DNA of 64,000 nucleotides from an uncultured Gammaproteobacteria bacterium (GTDB lineage: Bacteria > Patescibacteriota > Microgenomatia > Levybacterales > UBA12049), in assembly GCA_964474445.1 (NCBI GenBank), contig CAYYSJ010000004.1:64185-128184 (forward strand). Direction: 5' to 3'. Shown one piece after another: positions 29,057-38,348 of the stretch (positions within the stretch are counted from its first letter, which is position 1; every line of letters starts with the position of its first letter). A program made the translations under genes and the position numbers. The notes beneath the pieces are model-generated. The model saw only the letters and a program-made list of their open reading frames with translations. It was not told the DNA's origin and searched no databases.

Positions 29057-29126
29057 GAAGGGGGAGCGTTAAGGGGTAAGGGGAAAAAACTTTCTTCACC
29101 CTTTACGCTTTATCCTTTACCCTTTC
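29057..29126. repeat. Inverted arrays of degenerate 7-mers (AAAGGGT / ACCCCTT) between nusG and rplK
   Basis: Minus strand aaagggt aaaggat aaagcgt aaagggt ... cccctt acccctt aacgctc ccccttc. Confidence 0.7.
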
Positions 29127-29752
29127 TATATTTTGCTTACCTGTAAGAAATCTAATTCAACTGGTGTTTCTCGTCCAAAAATACTAACCAAAACTCTGAG
29201 TTTGCCTTTTGTTTCATCTATACTATCAATAGTACCAAGGAAGTCAGAGAATGGACCATCCACAATCTTGACTGCTTCTCCAACAACAAATGATGCTTTG
29301 TAAAGAGGTTCTTCAAGCTTCATGAATTTCTGAATTGCTTCAACTTCTTTTTCTGAAATTGGGGTTGGCTTATTGCCAGCACCAATGAAAGCTGTTACAC
29401 CTGGAGTGGTGCGGACCAAAATCCATGATTCATCAGTTAAAACCATTCTGACAATCACATAGCCTGGGAAGATCTTCTCCTGAATTTGAGTCTTTTTGCC
29501 TTGATTTACTTTGGTTACTTCTCTTGTTGGGACAATGATATCAAAGATATGATTTTCAAAGCCCATGGTCTCTGCTCGTTGGCGAAGAGTCTTTGCAACT
29601 TTGTTTTCATGTCCTGCATAGGTATGGACAATATACCAACGTGCATTATCTGGTATGGTTGGTGTTGTTATCTTTTCTTCTACTTGTTGTTGTGTCTGGT
29701 TCATATAGTTTTGTTGTGCCGAACTTGTTTCAGCAGCTATACTATGCATCAT
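29126..29752 (-). CDS. nusG: Transcription termination/antitermination factor NusG
   Basis: WYIVHTYAGHENKV, FPGYV, VRTTPGVT, IFGRETPVEL; start may be 29704. Confidence 0.97.
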   Translation of the reverse strand: MMHSIAAETSSAQQNYMNQTQQQVEEKITTPTIPDNARWYIVHTYAGHENKVAKTLRQRAETMGFENHIFDIIVPTREVTKVNQGKKTQIQEKIFPGYVIVRMVLTDESWILVRTTPGVTAFIGAGNKPTPISEKEVEAIQKFMKLEEPLYKASFVVGEAVKIVDGPFSDFLGTIDSIDETKGKLRVLVSIFGRETPVELDFLQVSKI

Positions 29753-29931
29753 TTGACCACGACTTGGAGGAGTGAGGTGAAGATGTAATCAAGTCCACCG
29801 ATAAATACTCCCACAATGAGACTGACTAAGATGACTGTTCCGGTTAACCGAACCACTTCTTGTCGAGTCGGCCATGTAACCTTTTTGAGTTCTTCATATG
29901 TTTCTCTCAAAAAGCCTACTGGTGTGGTCAT
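29749..29931 (-). CDS. secE: Preprotein translocase subunit SecE
   Basis: ELKKVTWPTRQE plus TM; upstream of nusG. Confidence 0.95.
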   Translation of the reverse strand: MTTPVGFLRETYEELKKVTWPTRQEVVRLTGTVILVSLIVGVFIGGLDYIFTSLLQVVVK

Positions 29932-30056
29932 AACGTACTGTTAGTATGAAATATTCTATCAGAATCCCGTTGACAAGTAAAGAGGGAACAGACTAGAATA
30001 GTACCATTACGTGCCAAGCATCACTCTCCCGATGCGTTGTGCACTACACTATACGA

Positions 30057-30953
30057 ATGAAAAAGATTAGAAAAGCCGTTATTCCTGCAGCTGGGTTCGG
30101 TACCAGATTCCTTCCCCAAACAAAAGCAATGCCAAAGGAAATGCTCCCTGTCGTTGATAAGCCTGTTATTCAGTACGTTGTTGAGGAAGCTGTTGCAGCA
30201 GGTATTGAAGATATTATTATTGTTACTGGATATCACAAAAGGACAATTGAAGATCATTTTGACAAACCCTCGATGGAACTGGTTGAGAATCTTCGAATGG
30301 GTGGACCAAAGAAATTACCACTTTTGGAAGCTACTGAGAAAATTGCAGACATGGCCAATTTTGTTTATGTGAGGCAAAAGGGCCCATATGGTAACGGGAC
30401 ACCACTCTTAAATGTGCGTGAGCTTATTGGCGACGAACCTTTCCTATACACATGGTCTGATGATTTCATTCATGCAGAGCCCAAAAGTAGATTTCAGCAA
30501 CTTATAGAGGTATATGAAGAGTTTGGTTGTTCTGTCTTGGCATCTATCCGTGCGACCAAAAAAGAAGATTATGACAGATATGGATTTGCGGGGGGAGAAG
30601 AATTGAGGCCAGGGCTCATTGAAGCAAAGACGATTATTGAAAAACCCGGTAAAGATAATGCTCCTTCAAATCTAGCAAATGTTAGTGGATCTATTTTTAC
30701 CCCTGATATTTTTAATTACTTAGATAAAGCAAATGAAAACCTCCAAGAGGGTAATGAGTTATACTACAATGATGCACTTAAGCTGATGCTTGAGGATGGC
30801 AAGCGAGTATTGGCAGCAGAAATTAAGGGTGGAAAATACTACGATACAGGAAATAAACTGGAATATATGAAAACAGTTGTTGAATTTGCACTGAAGCATG
30901 ATGAGTTGAACGGTGAATTTAAAGAATTCCTCAGAGGTCTTAAATTAGAATAA
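30057..30953 (+). CDS. galU: UTP-glucose-1-phosphate uridylyltransferase
   Basis: KAVIPAAGFGTRFLP.TKAMPKEMLPVVDKP, IEKP, YDTG. Confidence 0.93.
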   Translation: MKKIRKAVIPAAGFGTRFLPQTKAMPKEMLPVVDKPVIQYVVEEAVAAGIEDIIIVTGYHKRTIEDHFDKPSMELVENLRMGGPKKLPLLEATEKIADMANFVYVRQKGPYGNGTPLLNVRELIGDEPFLYTWSDDFIHAEPKSRFQQLIEVYEEFGCSVLASIRATKKEDYDRYGFAGGEELRPGLIEAKTIIEKPGKDNAPSNLANVSGSIFTPDIFNYLDKANENLQEGNELYYNDALKLMLEDGKRVLAAEIKGGKYYDTGNKLEYMKTVVEFALKHDELNGEFKEFLRGLKLE

Positions 30954-31010
30954 AAAAATAAAAAGAAGTAACCTGTTATCTGCGAAAAACTTCAATCAAA
31001 TTCTATAGCC

Positions 31011-31361
31011 CTAGATAACTTGTTGTAGTAGTTGCGTTGTTTTTTCAAAACGTCGAGGTCTTGTCTGTAGACCATGATGATCGGTGGCGTAAATATATAC
31101 TTGTTCGAGTATGTTTTCATTCTCTGTTTGATATCTTCTGGTTGGGGGAAGAAAGAAGGGCCCGGGAAAAATAGATTCATGAACCCACACTGCTGTTTGT
31201 CGGTGTATTTGATTTGGAGCAAGATGATAGTCCCTTGATCTCACGCGCACCAAAAAGGGATTAAGTGATGGATTCCCAAAGATATTTTGAATATACTTTC
31301 CTGGTTTTTGATGTTTTACTGCTTGGATTGAAATTGCTGTTTCGGGGGAGAGGATTGCCAT
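31011..31361 (-). CDS. Hypothetical protein
   Basis: 116-aa ORF. Confidence 0.55.
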   Translation of the reverse strand: MAILSPETAISIQAVKHQKPGKYIQNIFGNPSLNPFLVRVRSRDYHLAPNQIHRQTAVWVHESIFPGPFFLPPTRRYQTENENILEQVYIYATDHHGLQTRPRRFEKTTQLLQQVI

Positions 31362-31446
31362 GGCGGTTGGTTTATACAGGAGGAATATAAGAAGTTATCT
31401 TGTCAGGCGTAAGAAACTAGATGCAAGACTTTATAAAGACTTGCAT

Positions 31447-31617
31447 CTATAAATTTTTACTTTTCATATTCTTTTTTGCGACCAATTCTTCAAGTTGGGA
31501 TTTCCATAAAGCACCTGATGTAATAGCAAGTTTTGCAGGAGATACTCTCTGTGATTCTGCACTATTCATAGTAGTGGTGTCTTCTGATAACAAAAATGGT
31601 GTATATACTTCAGACAT
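31447..31617 (-). CDS. Unannotated 56-aa small protein
   Basis: MSEVYTPFLLSED...KSKNL*; SD GGAGGTG 7 nt upstream, TATACT further upstream. Confidence 0.6.
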   Translation of the reverse strand: MSEVYTPFLLSEDTTTMNSAESQRVSPAKLAITSGALWKSQLEELVAKKNMKSKNL

Positions 31618-31729
31618 ATTCTTTCACCTCCTTTTGTACACAGTATAGGAGAAACAAGGGGAGATGACTTGATATTTGTCTTTTATAAACCTTACAAAAA
31701 GACAAAAAGCATGGTATGATGAAATCCCT

Positions 31730-32383
31730 ATGCGAAAAATCTTCCAGTGGTTTGTATACAGAAAATGGTCAGTTGTTTTAGGAGGATGTGGATTTTTTGT
31801 ACTCTTTATTTTATTTTCCTACATTGTTCATCATAACCATTTTACTCAATTCGATTTTGATACAACAATAAGATTGCAGGACCATGTCAGTAGGCGATTT
31901 GATAGCTTGTTTTCCTATTTAAGTGCATTTGGAAGTTTTGAACCAATGAGTATTCTTCTCATAGTGCTCTTGATATTACGAAGAAAATTGATGGGGATTA
32001 TCGTGCTCGGTTTGTTTGGATTTTTACATATATTAGAATTATATGGCAAAACCTTTGTGAGTCACTTGCCTCCACCAGAATTTATGGTAAGGACACAGCA
32101 CCTCGTACAATTCCCTCAGTTTCATGTTCGGCTTGAAAACTCTTACCCTTCAGGACACATGGGAAGAGCACTTTTCATGACGACATTTCTGGGTGTTGTA
32201 GGGGTACATAGTAAGAAATTGTCTTGGATACAAAAAGTGTTTGTAATTATAGTTTTAGCTATATACGACTTAACTATGGCAATTAGCAGAATCTATTTAG
32301 GTGAGCATTGGGCTACTGACGTTATAGGAGGAAGTCTTCTTGGTGCTGCATGTGGACTCATTGGAGCAGTTTTTGTTCTGTAA
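31730..32383 (+). CDS. PAP2 family membrane phosphatase (undecaprenyl-PP phosphatase-like)
   Basis: K...PP, SYPSGH, SRIYLGEHWATDV. Confidence 0.9.
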   Translation: MRKIFQWFVYRKWSVVLGGCGFFVLFILFSYIVHHNHFTQFDFDTTIRLQDHVSRRFDSLFSYLSAFGSFEPMSILLIVLLILRRKLMGIIVLGLFGFLHILELYGKTFVSHLPPPEFMVRTQHLVQFPQFHVRLENSYPSGHMGRALFMTTFLGVVGVHSKKLSWIQKVFVIIVLAIYDLTMAISRIYLGEHWATDVIGGSLLGAACGLIGAVFVL

Positions 32384-32411
32384 AAGATCTTTTCATCTCT
32401 ACACCTCCAAT

Positions 32412-33389
32412 TTATAGCCCCAACAATTCGGAAACTTTTACAAATTCAAATCCTTTTTGTTTTAATTGGTCAATAATAAGAGGAAGTGCATCCCCAGTCT
32501 TTGGTGCCGTAGGTTTACCATTCATATGTAAAACAATAATAGATCCATTCTGTGCATTGTCTACGACATTTTTAACGATAGAGGAGGGATTCTGGTTAAA
32601 GCCGTCACCTCCTACTACATCCCAGTGAACAATAATTAAATGAGCGCGCTTTTCAACAATATCCAAATCTTTCTGTCCATAACAGCCTCCAGGAAAACGG
32701 AACAGTTTATTATCAACTCCTACAATGTCTTTCAGAATTTTTTGTGTCCGTTGAATATCAACGAAACCTTGCGCATCAGAGATTTGTTTCAGTCCATAAC
32801 AATACCCATCATAGGATGTATCAGCATAAGAATGGCTTCCAATTTCAAAAAGGGGATTTTGTCCAAAACTATGTGCCTCCTGAGGATATAATTCGGTCCA
32901 CATGCCTGTTAGGAAGAGAGTTGCCTTTGTTTGCGTTGCCTCAAGGATTTGAATAATACGTGGATCATAGGAAGGAGTACCAGTCAAAAATGCCTTTTTC
33001 ATGCCATCAGTCATTTCGGCATCAAAGGTAAGAGCAATTTGTTTTTTGTCCCTTGCTCCATGGAAGAAAATATTTTTCTTGAGTACTGTAATTGTTGGGT
33101 TAATTTCTAACTGATCCAAAGGACTCCCTGTTTCAACATAGGGTGTTTCTCCTTCAGGAAGACCAGGTATTTTCATGATATTTTTTGCCTCTGCTGCTAT
33201 AGGAAGATTCAGATTTTTGGCAGTATAGAGGCCAAATACAAAAGTAGATGCAGTAGCTGTAATAAATATAAGGAGGAGAAAGAAAAGAAGTGATTTAAAA
33301 TGATGACTTTCAAATGTCAGAATTTTTATTTTCAGGCTTCTTCTCTTAGGAAATGTCTGTAGCCCATCTTGTTTGGCATTTTTTTTCAT
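32412..33389 (-). CDS. Membrane-anchored CE4/NodB polysaccharide deacetylase (variant motifs)
   Basis: IALTFDAE, GSHSYAD, FRFPGG, WDV, IVLH. Confidence 0.85.
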   Translation of the reverse strand: MKKNAKQDGLQTFPKRRSLKIKILTFESHHFKSLLFFLLLIFITATASTFVFGLYTAKNLNLPIAAEAKNIMKIPGLPEGETPYVETGSPLDQLEINPTITVLKKNIFFHGARDKKQIALTFDAEMTDGMKKAFLTGTPSYDPRIIQILEATQTKATLFLTGMWTELYPQEAHSFGQNPLFEIGSHSYADTSYDGYCYGLKQISDAQGFVDIQRTQKILKDIVGVDNKLFRFPGGCYGQKDLDIVEKRAHLIIVHWDVVGGDGFNQNPSSIVKNVVDNAQNGSIIVLHMNGKPTAPKTGDALPLIIDQLKQKGFEFVKVSELLGL

Positions 33390-33394
33390 GCCTC

Positions 33395-36025
33395 CTATTT
33401 TCCACTACTTTTCCCTTTTTGTGAAGACCCATTTTGGGTGTTTGGTTGGGTTTGAGCAGGTTTGCTTTGCGACTGCTGTTGTGCAGGAGGATTTGGTTTG
33501 GTTTGTGCTGGTTGTGGAGCTGCCTGTTTGGCAGGTTTAGGGGATGTTATTTGCTGTTGGATAACTTGAATACTGGTTGCACGTATCACTTCAGGTTGAG
33601 GAGGGGTGGCGGTTGTAGGTTTAGCAATAGGTTGTATTGTTGCGGACGGAATAGCGGTTGGGGAAGGCAAGAGATTTCTACCAGGAGATACTTGAGGAGA
33701 TACTCCACCAGGTTGGAGCAGATTTGGTTTTCCGGTGGGTGTTGCCTTTACACCGGTGATCAGGGGTTGAGATACACCACTTGGCACAGGAACAGAGGAG
33801 GTGATCGTTGCAGGAGTTTGTTGAGAAGTTGTTACTGATACAGGAGTATTTTGGTTTGTTGGTACAACAAGAGAAGAAGGATTTAAAGAGCCTTTTGTTA
33901 GTTGAGGTATTCCTGTGGGAGTTGTCTGTGATTGAACTGGTGCAGAAGAATCTGATTTCACTGGTTCAACAAGATTTCCATGTACGACAAGTACACTTCC
34001 TGGTTTAATAGATTGCAGTTCCACATTAGTATCTTTTGCTTTGATAGCTGTTTTTGGAGTCAGGTCAACTTGGACGAAATTCCCATTATCACTCACAACC
34101 ATTGTATTGTCTTTTGTATTCACTTTTACTGCCACAACAGGATGAGGAGCTGCTATTTCTTGAGGAATATTATTGACAATAAGAGATGGAGTAATGACGC
34201 TTCCTTTCGTGTTTCCCAATATAGCAATACTTGCGCCTTTTTTAAAACGGGAGGTTACTCCTGATTGGATATCTTCGATTGCACCGGAAGGACTTAGGGT
34301 AGGTGAGATTGCCTCAGAAATAGTTGGAGAAAGAGACGGAGAAGAGGCAGGGGTATTTTGTCCTTGAGCTGATGTTGCAGAGACTGGAGTTGGGGTTGCT
34401 GTGACATGACTTTGATCTTTTACTTTGAGATTTTGATCGACAGGGATTGTTACTTGTTGGCCTCCTGATGTTTGCACAACAATATGATCTGGTGCCGTAT
34501 CAATGATTTTTCCGACAATTGGCTGTTGTGCAAGGTTTGCAGCGGTTTTTGCATCTGCTAAATGTGGCTCAACATCAACAAGCTGAGTACGGGCTTGATT
34601 TGCAATGGTTGTAATAAGCTGTGCTCTTTGACTGTCATTTTTGGCTGAAGTGAACTGGTCATGTAATACAGAAAAACGAGTATCGGAAATTGCTTTTATC
34701 GTTAATTGGGTTGACTGATCAGGTGGAAGTACGGAATCTTTTGCAACTTGTCGTACAACATCTGATACAGTTTGGAGAGTTTGTGTTGCTTCTTGTGTTT
34801 TTCCTTGTTTTGTTAGTTGATACGCTCTTGCAAGTTCCGTTTTTGCATATGACAAGGAGACCTGTTGTCGTGCTTTTTCTCCAATAACGACTGCTTTTTG
34901 GACACCAAACCAAATAGTATTAATAACTGGGGGAAGAGTTGTTTTTGGTAAATCTTTTGGTTGAATAACAAGGGAAAGATCTTTTTGAGAAATTCCTAAG
35001 TCTGCAGCGGTGATATTGGGGAGAGGGACATTAATTGGTGTTGTAGCGCCTAAGACAGTTTGTAATGAAGGATTCATAACTAACGGATCAAGTGCTTGGG
35101 GGCTATCTGGTATGGAAGAATCGTCTTTCTCAGGAATAGTGCTTCCGACAAGGGCATAATTTCTTGTATAGATAAGCTCTGAAATGTGAGCCAAAATATT
35201 AGGATTTCCTAAATTAGAAAACATACTCAAGATATAGTGTTGATTGTTGCCAATAACAATGCCTCCATCATGATACAAAGGATCCAAATCTCCTGTCTTA
35301 TGTTCTATCGTAAGGTTTGATGGAAGGTAAGCAGGGAGCATAGAGTTAATTTTCTGGTGAGAGAGAATTTGTTGTAGCTGTTGGCTGCCTGGTAGTTTGT
35401 TGTTATCAATGATTTCGTATGCTTTTGCATAATCAGCGGCAGTTGTCGTATTAATATTGTATCCAGGGGTAGTAAATTCGTACTGTGTTTGATTATCATC
35501 TAGATTTAATTTTGATCCAACAATGGTATGTGTTAAACCCAGACTTTGTACATACTCTGTAATATTTTTTCTGTCGAATAAATCCAACAGAGTATTATAT
35601 GACGTATTATCAGATTGCGTAATCATTTTTTGAATTAACGTATCTACTGTCGTGATAAGGCCGGAGGTTAAGACAGGATATTCAGGTGTTTCCAACTCAG
35701 TTGGAACAACATTCTTATCATCTATTGTTACCCAATCAGTTAAGGAAATGTGCTTTTTGGCAATTTGATCGTACGCATACATAGCAACGAATAATTTAAC
35801 AGTACTTGCTGGAAGCCATTGCTTAGTGGAATTAATAGAGACAGTGTTAGGAGACTGTTTATCAACGAAATAAATACTAACATAATCTAAATAATTGCGA
35901 AGAGCTAAGTCAGCAATAATGGCGTCTGATAAAGAGACAGATGGTTGGGAGTCAGCAAAAACAAACTTTGGGAACAGCAAAAGAGAAAGACACAAAACAC
36001 AGAATATCTTCGCTACTTTTAGCAT
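33395..36025 (-). CDS. Large secreted serine hydrolase (class A beta-lactamase-like) with helical, beta-rich and P/T/Q-rich extensions
   Basis: Signal peptide, ASTVK (SxxK), SDN, HKTG in the first ~290 aa; ~580-aa C-terminal extension. Confidence 0.85.
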   Translation of the reverse strand: MLKVAKIFCVLCLSLLLFPKFVFADSQPSVSLSDAIIADLALRNYLDYVSIYFVDKQSPNTVSINSTKQWLPASTVKLFVAMYAYDQIAKKHISLTDWVTIDDKNVVPTELETPEYPVLTSGLITTVDTLIQKMITQSDNTSYNTLLDLFDRKNITEYVQSLGLTHTIVGSKLNLDDNQTQYEFTTPGYNINTTTAADYAKAYEIIDNNKLPGSQQLQQILSHQKINSMLPAYLPSNLTIEHKTGDLDPLYHDGGIVIGNNQHYILSMFSNLGNPNILAHISELIYTRNYALVGSTIPEKDDSSIPDSPQALDPLVMNPSLQTVLGATTPINVPLPNITAADLGISQKDLSLVIQPKDLPKTTLPPVINTIWFGVQKAVVIGEKARQQVSLSYAKTELARAYQLTKQGKTQEATQTLQTVSDVVRQVAKDSVLPPDQSTQLTIKAISDTRFSVLHDQFTSAKNDSQRAQLITTIANQARTQLVDVEPHLADAKTAANLAQQPIVGKIIDTAPDHIVVQTSGGQQVTIPVDQNLKVKDQSHVTATPTPVSATSAQGQNTPASSPSLSPTISEAISPTLSPSGAIEDIQSGVTSRFKKGASIAILGNTKGSVITPSLIVNNIPQEIAAPHPVVAVKVNTKDNTMVVSDNGNFVQVDLTPKTAIKAKDTNVELQSIKPGSVLVVHGNLVEPVKSDSSAPVQSQTTPTGIPQLTKGSLNPSSLVVPTNQNTPVSVTTSQQTPATITSSVPVPSGVSQPLITGVKATPTGKPNLLQPGGVSPQVSPGRNLLPSPTAIPSATIQPIAKPTTATPPQPEVIRATSIQVIQQQITSPKPAKQAAPQPAQTKPNPPAQQQSQSKPAQTQPNTQNGSSQKGKSSGK

Positions 36026-36107
36026 ACTTTCTTAAGCATAAGATGGAATTTAAGAAAAGGTCAATGGGCAATTTCAAATTCTATTCAGGCACATTGATAA
36101 AAAAGGT

Positions 36108-36875
36108 TTAATACGTAGATTGTGAAGAAGAATTTGTATGTGGGACTGTACCGTACTGATATAAATTTTGCTGGTATTTTCTTTGCTGTTGTTTTTGACT
36201 TCCATTTCCCAAAAAACTCCATATGGTTAATACTACTGCGAGAGTAAGCAAAAGAATTTTCAGAGGCTTATGATTCATGGATATCCACCAGCTTGGGTAA
36301 CTATCTGACATACCCAAAACATATGCACTAACAGCCTGGTCAACTCTAACGCTATCTCTTACAATTTCATAGGTTGTTTCTGGATATCGTCTTTTAAACA
36401 AGACAGAAATCCAGCTTACCATGATGGCAAGAAATGCTGCCATATTCACCACATGACGATAGAAAAGATAGGGAATCATAAGAATAGTACGAGCTGCATA
36501 TCCTAGAAGCGGTGTTGCAAACAGTCTATTTGGAGTTTTATTAAAAGGGATGGTAAATGTATAATCTGGTGTTGTGGTAAGTGAAAATCCTGGGTAAATA
36601 TCTGTAAGCCCAAAAAGGAAATAGGAAACGTTTGTCTCAAGGCGCATAGTCCCAAGATTGAGGTCATATGCTAATTTCCAATATCTCCCGCGAAAGAAAA
36701 TGTTAAACGAATTCAAGATACTAGCAAAAAAAACCATTATACGAAGGAGGAAAATCTCAATACTAACAGGGATTATCATAACAAGCTTTATCAAAAAGCC
36801 AACAAGAGGGACAGCATAGAGGCGATTAGGACGTCGGATACGTTCAATGGCAATTTCCGGATACATTCTCCCCAT
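36108..36875 (-). CDS. DUF4389-like membrane protein (two internal repeats)
   Basis: Repeated PNRL.A.PL.G...MIP...F.GRY...Y..G..D.YP units. Confidence 0.75.
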   Translation of the reverse strand: MGRMYPEIAIERIRRPNRLYAVPLVGFLIKLVMIIPVSIEIFLLRIMVFFASILNSFNIFFRGRYWKLAYDLNLGTMRLETNVSYFLFGLTDIYPGFSLTTTPDYTFTIPFNKTPNRLFATPLLGYAARTILMIPYLFYRHVVNMAAFLAIMVSWISVLFKRRYPETTYEIVRDSVRVDQAVSAYVLGMSDSYPSWWISMNHKPLKILLLTLAVVLTIWSFLGNGSQKQQQRKYQQNLYQYGTVPHTNSSSQSTY

Positions 36876-36918
36876 ACTTTGATTATTGACAGCTTTTGTG
36901 TGCTTGTCAAGTTAGGGA

Positions 36919-37368
36919 TTAAGACTTGGGAGATGGTAAGGAACGATCAGAGACTTTTGGTGTTAGGGGATTCTTCCCATCACAACTTGTATGTCCTTTA
37001 CAAGAAGTTGCAACGGTTGAGAGCCAATTAGCGACAGATTGGCAACTTTTTGCTGAGCCTAAGATAATTTTGGTATTGTCTCCACAAGAATAATGAACAT
37101 ATCGATAAAGACCATTCCCACAAGATTCTACTACAGAAAGGTTACCTTTGAGGACAAAACAGCCATTGGAAAGATGACTACTATCGGTGGAGATAGTATC
37201 CTTCGTCTCAGCTGCTTGTGTTTCAATTCCTTTTACAGATTTATAGGTCGAATAGGTATATAAAGCAACAAAGACAACACCAAGGAGTACCAGGAGCATC
37301 CCGATAAGCCACTTGTTGGATGCTGCAAGGGTACGAATAACACTCGTTTTGTGATGAAGCTTTGCCAT
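36919..37368 (-). CDS. Membrane-anchored Cys-rich hypothetical protein
   Basis: N-terminal TM and 6 extracytoplasmic Cys. Confidence 0.7.
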   Translation of the reverse strand: MAKLHHKTSVIRTLAASNKWLIGMLLVLLGVVFVALYTYSTYKSVKGIETQAAETKDTISTDSSHLSNGCFVLKGNLSVVESCGNGLYRYVHYSCGDNTKIILGSAKSCQSVANWLSTVATSCKGHTSCDGKNPLTPKVSDRSLPSPKS

Positions 37369-37413
37369 GTTATTGTAATAGTGAATTATGCAAAGAGGGA
37401 TGTCAATAAGTGA

Positions 37414-37536
37414 TTAGTGTTTTGTTAAAAAGAATCCAATATATGCAATAGCAAGTCCAATAGACAGAACACCGAGTCCAATAAGTATCATGTTACTCCA
37501 CGTATAGTCCTGGGGGATAAGTGGTTTTTTCTTCAT
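37414..37536 (-). CDS. Unannotated 40-aa single-TM protein
   Basis: MKKKPLIPQDYTWSNMILIGLGVLSIGLAIAYIGFFLTKH*; TTGACA-17-AATAAT, 7 nt, ATG. Confidence 0.7.
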   Translation of the reverse strand: MKKKPLIPQDYTWSNMILIGLGVLSIGLAIAYIGFFLTKH

Positions 37537-37568
37537 CAGTTTGATTATTAGTACGATAGGAATATATG

Positions 37569-38138
37569 TCAACCAGCAACAGGGGTATGTTTTTTGTTTG
37601 CTGTAAGACTAAATCCAAAAAGAGAAAATAATGCAAGTCCACTCATACAGAAGAAAAGAAAACGGAACCCAAACCAGGTAACTAAAAATCCTCCTAAAAA
37701 CGTCCCAGATGCAGTCATAATATTGCTAATAATTTGCCAGTCTGCATAATCATGAATATGTTCATGCTTCTCCAAATGTTCAGCAAAAAGGGCATTAAAT
37801 GCAGGAGAGCCAAATGATTCTCCCATTCCTAAAAGAATTTGCAGCAAAATCAGTTCGGGCAATGAATGGATAAATCCATACATGAGCCACACAAATGCTC
37901 GTATAAGAAAGCCAGCTCTGAGCATATCTATCTCACGGTTTGTTCCATCTTTAAAACGAGAGATAACGTATGTGCCAACAGTTGTTGCTATCAAAAAAAC
38001 AGACCATGAAGTACTAACAGTAATAACACTTTGTCCTAAACGAAGGACATAGACAGCGTACAAAGGTCCAAGGAGGCTTGATGCAAGGACAAAAACTCCA
38101 TTAAAGGTAAAGAGGGCACGAAGAATTGAATCTCTCAC
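37569..38138 (-). CDS. Half-size (6-TM) MFS transporter
   Basis: 189 aa, six hydrophobic segments, QILLGMGES...PAFNAL, GTFLGGFL...FGFR. Confidence 0.75.
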   Translation of the reverse strand: MRDSILRALFTFNGVFVLASSLLGPLYAVYVLRLGQSVITVSTSWSVFLIATTVGTYVISRFKDGTNREIDMLRAGFLIRAFVWLMYGFIHSLPELILLQILLGMGESFGSPAFNALFAEHLEKHEHIHDYADWQIISNIMTASGTFLGGFLVTWFGFRFLFFCMSGLALFSLFGFSLTANKKHTPVAG

Positions 38139-38205
38139 ACTTTTAGTATAGACACTTTTTAAGACTTTTTTGCAAGATTCAATATGCTTTCCAAAAAGTA
38201 ATCAA

Positions 38206-38234
38206 TTGACAAAGGGGAAATGTCACAGTATAGT
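38206..38234 (+). promoter_or_regulatory. Sigma70 promoter of the Cys leader
   Basis: TTGACA-17-TATAGT, 9 nt before the leader ATG. Confidence 0.85.
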
Positions 38235-38243
38235 CTCTTTACT

Positions 38244-38285
38244 ATGATACTCAACACAGTTGTTTGCTGCTGCAGCTTCGCTTAG
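38244..38285 (+). CDS. Cysteine leader peptide MILNTVVCCCSFA
   Basis: 13-aa ORF with TGC TGC TGC, between a promoter and an attenuator. Confidence 0.85.
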   Translation: MILNTVVCCCSFA

Positions 38286-38334
38286 CGGGGTTGTAGTTTT
38301 CTTGTGTTTAACACCCCGCAAAGCGGGGTTTTTT
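38271..38334 (+). terminator. Attenuator with protector, antiterminator and terminator
   Basis: 1:2 UGCAGCUUCGC/GCGGGGUUGUA; 2:3 GCGGGGU (38285-91)/ACCCCGC (38313-19); 3:4 ACCCCGC-AAA-GCGGGGU plus U5. Confidence 0.85.
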
Positions 38335-38348
38335 GATGGTTAAAATAT

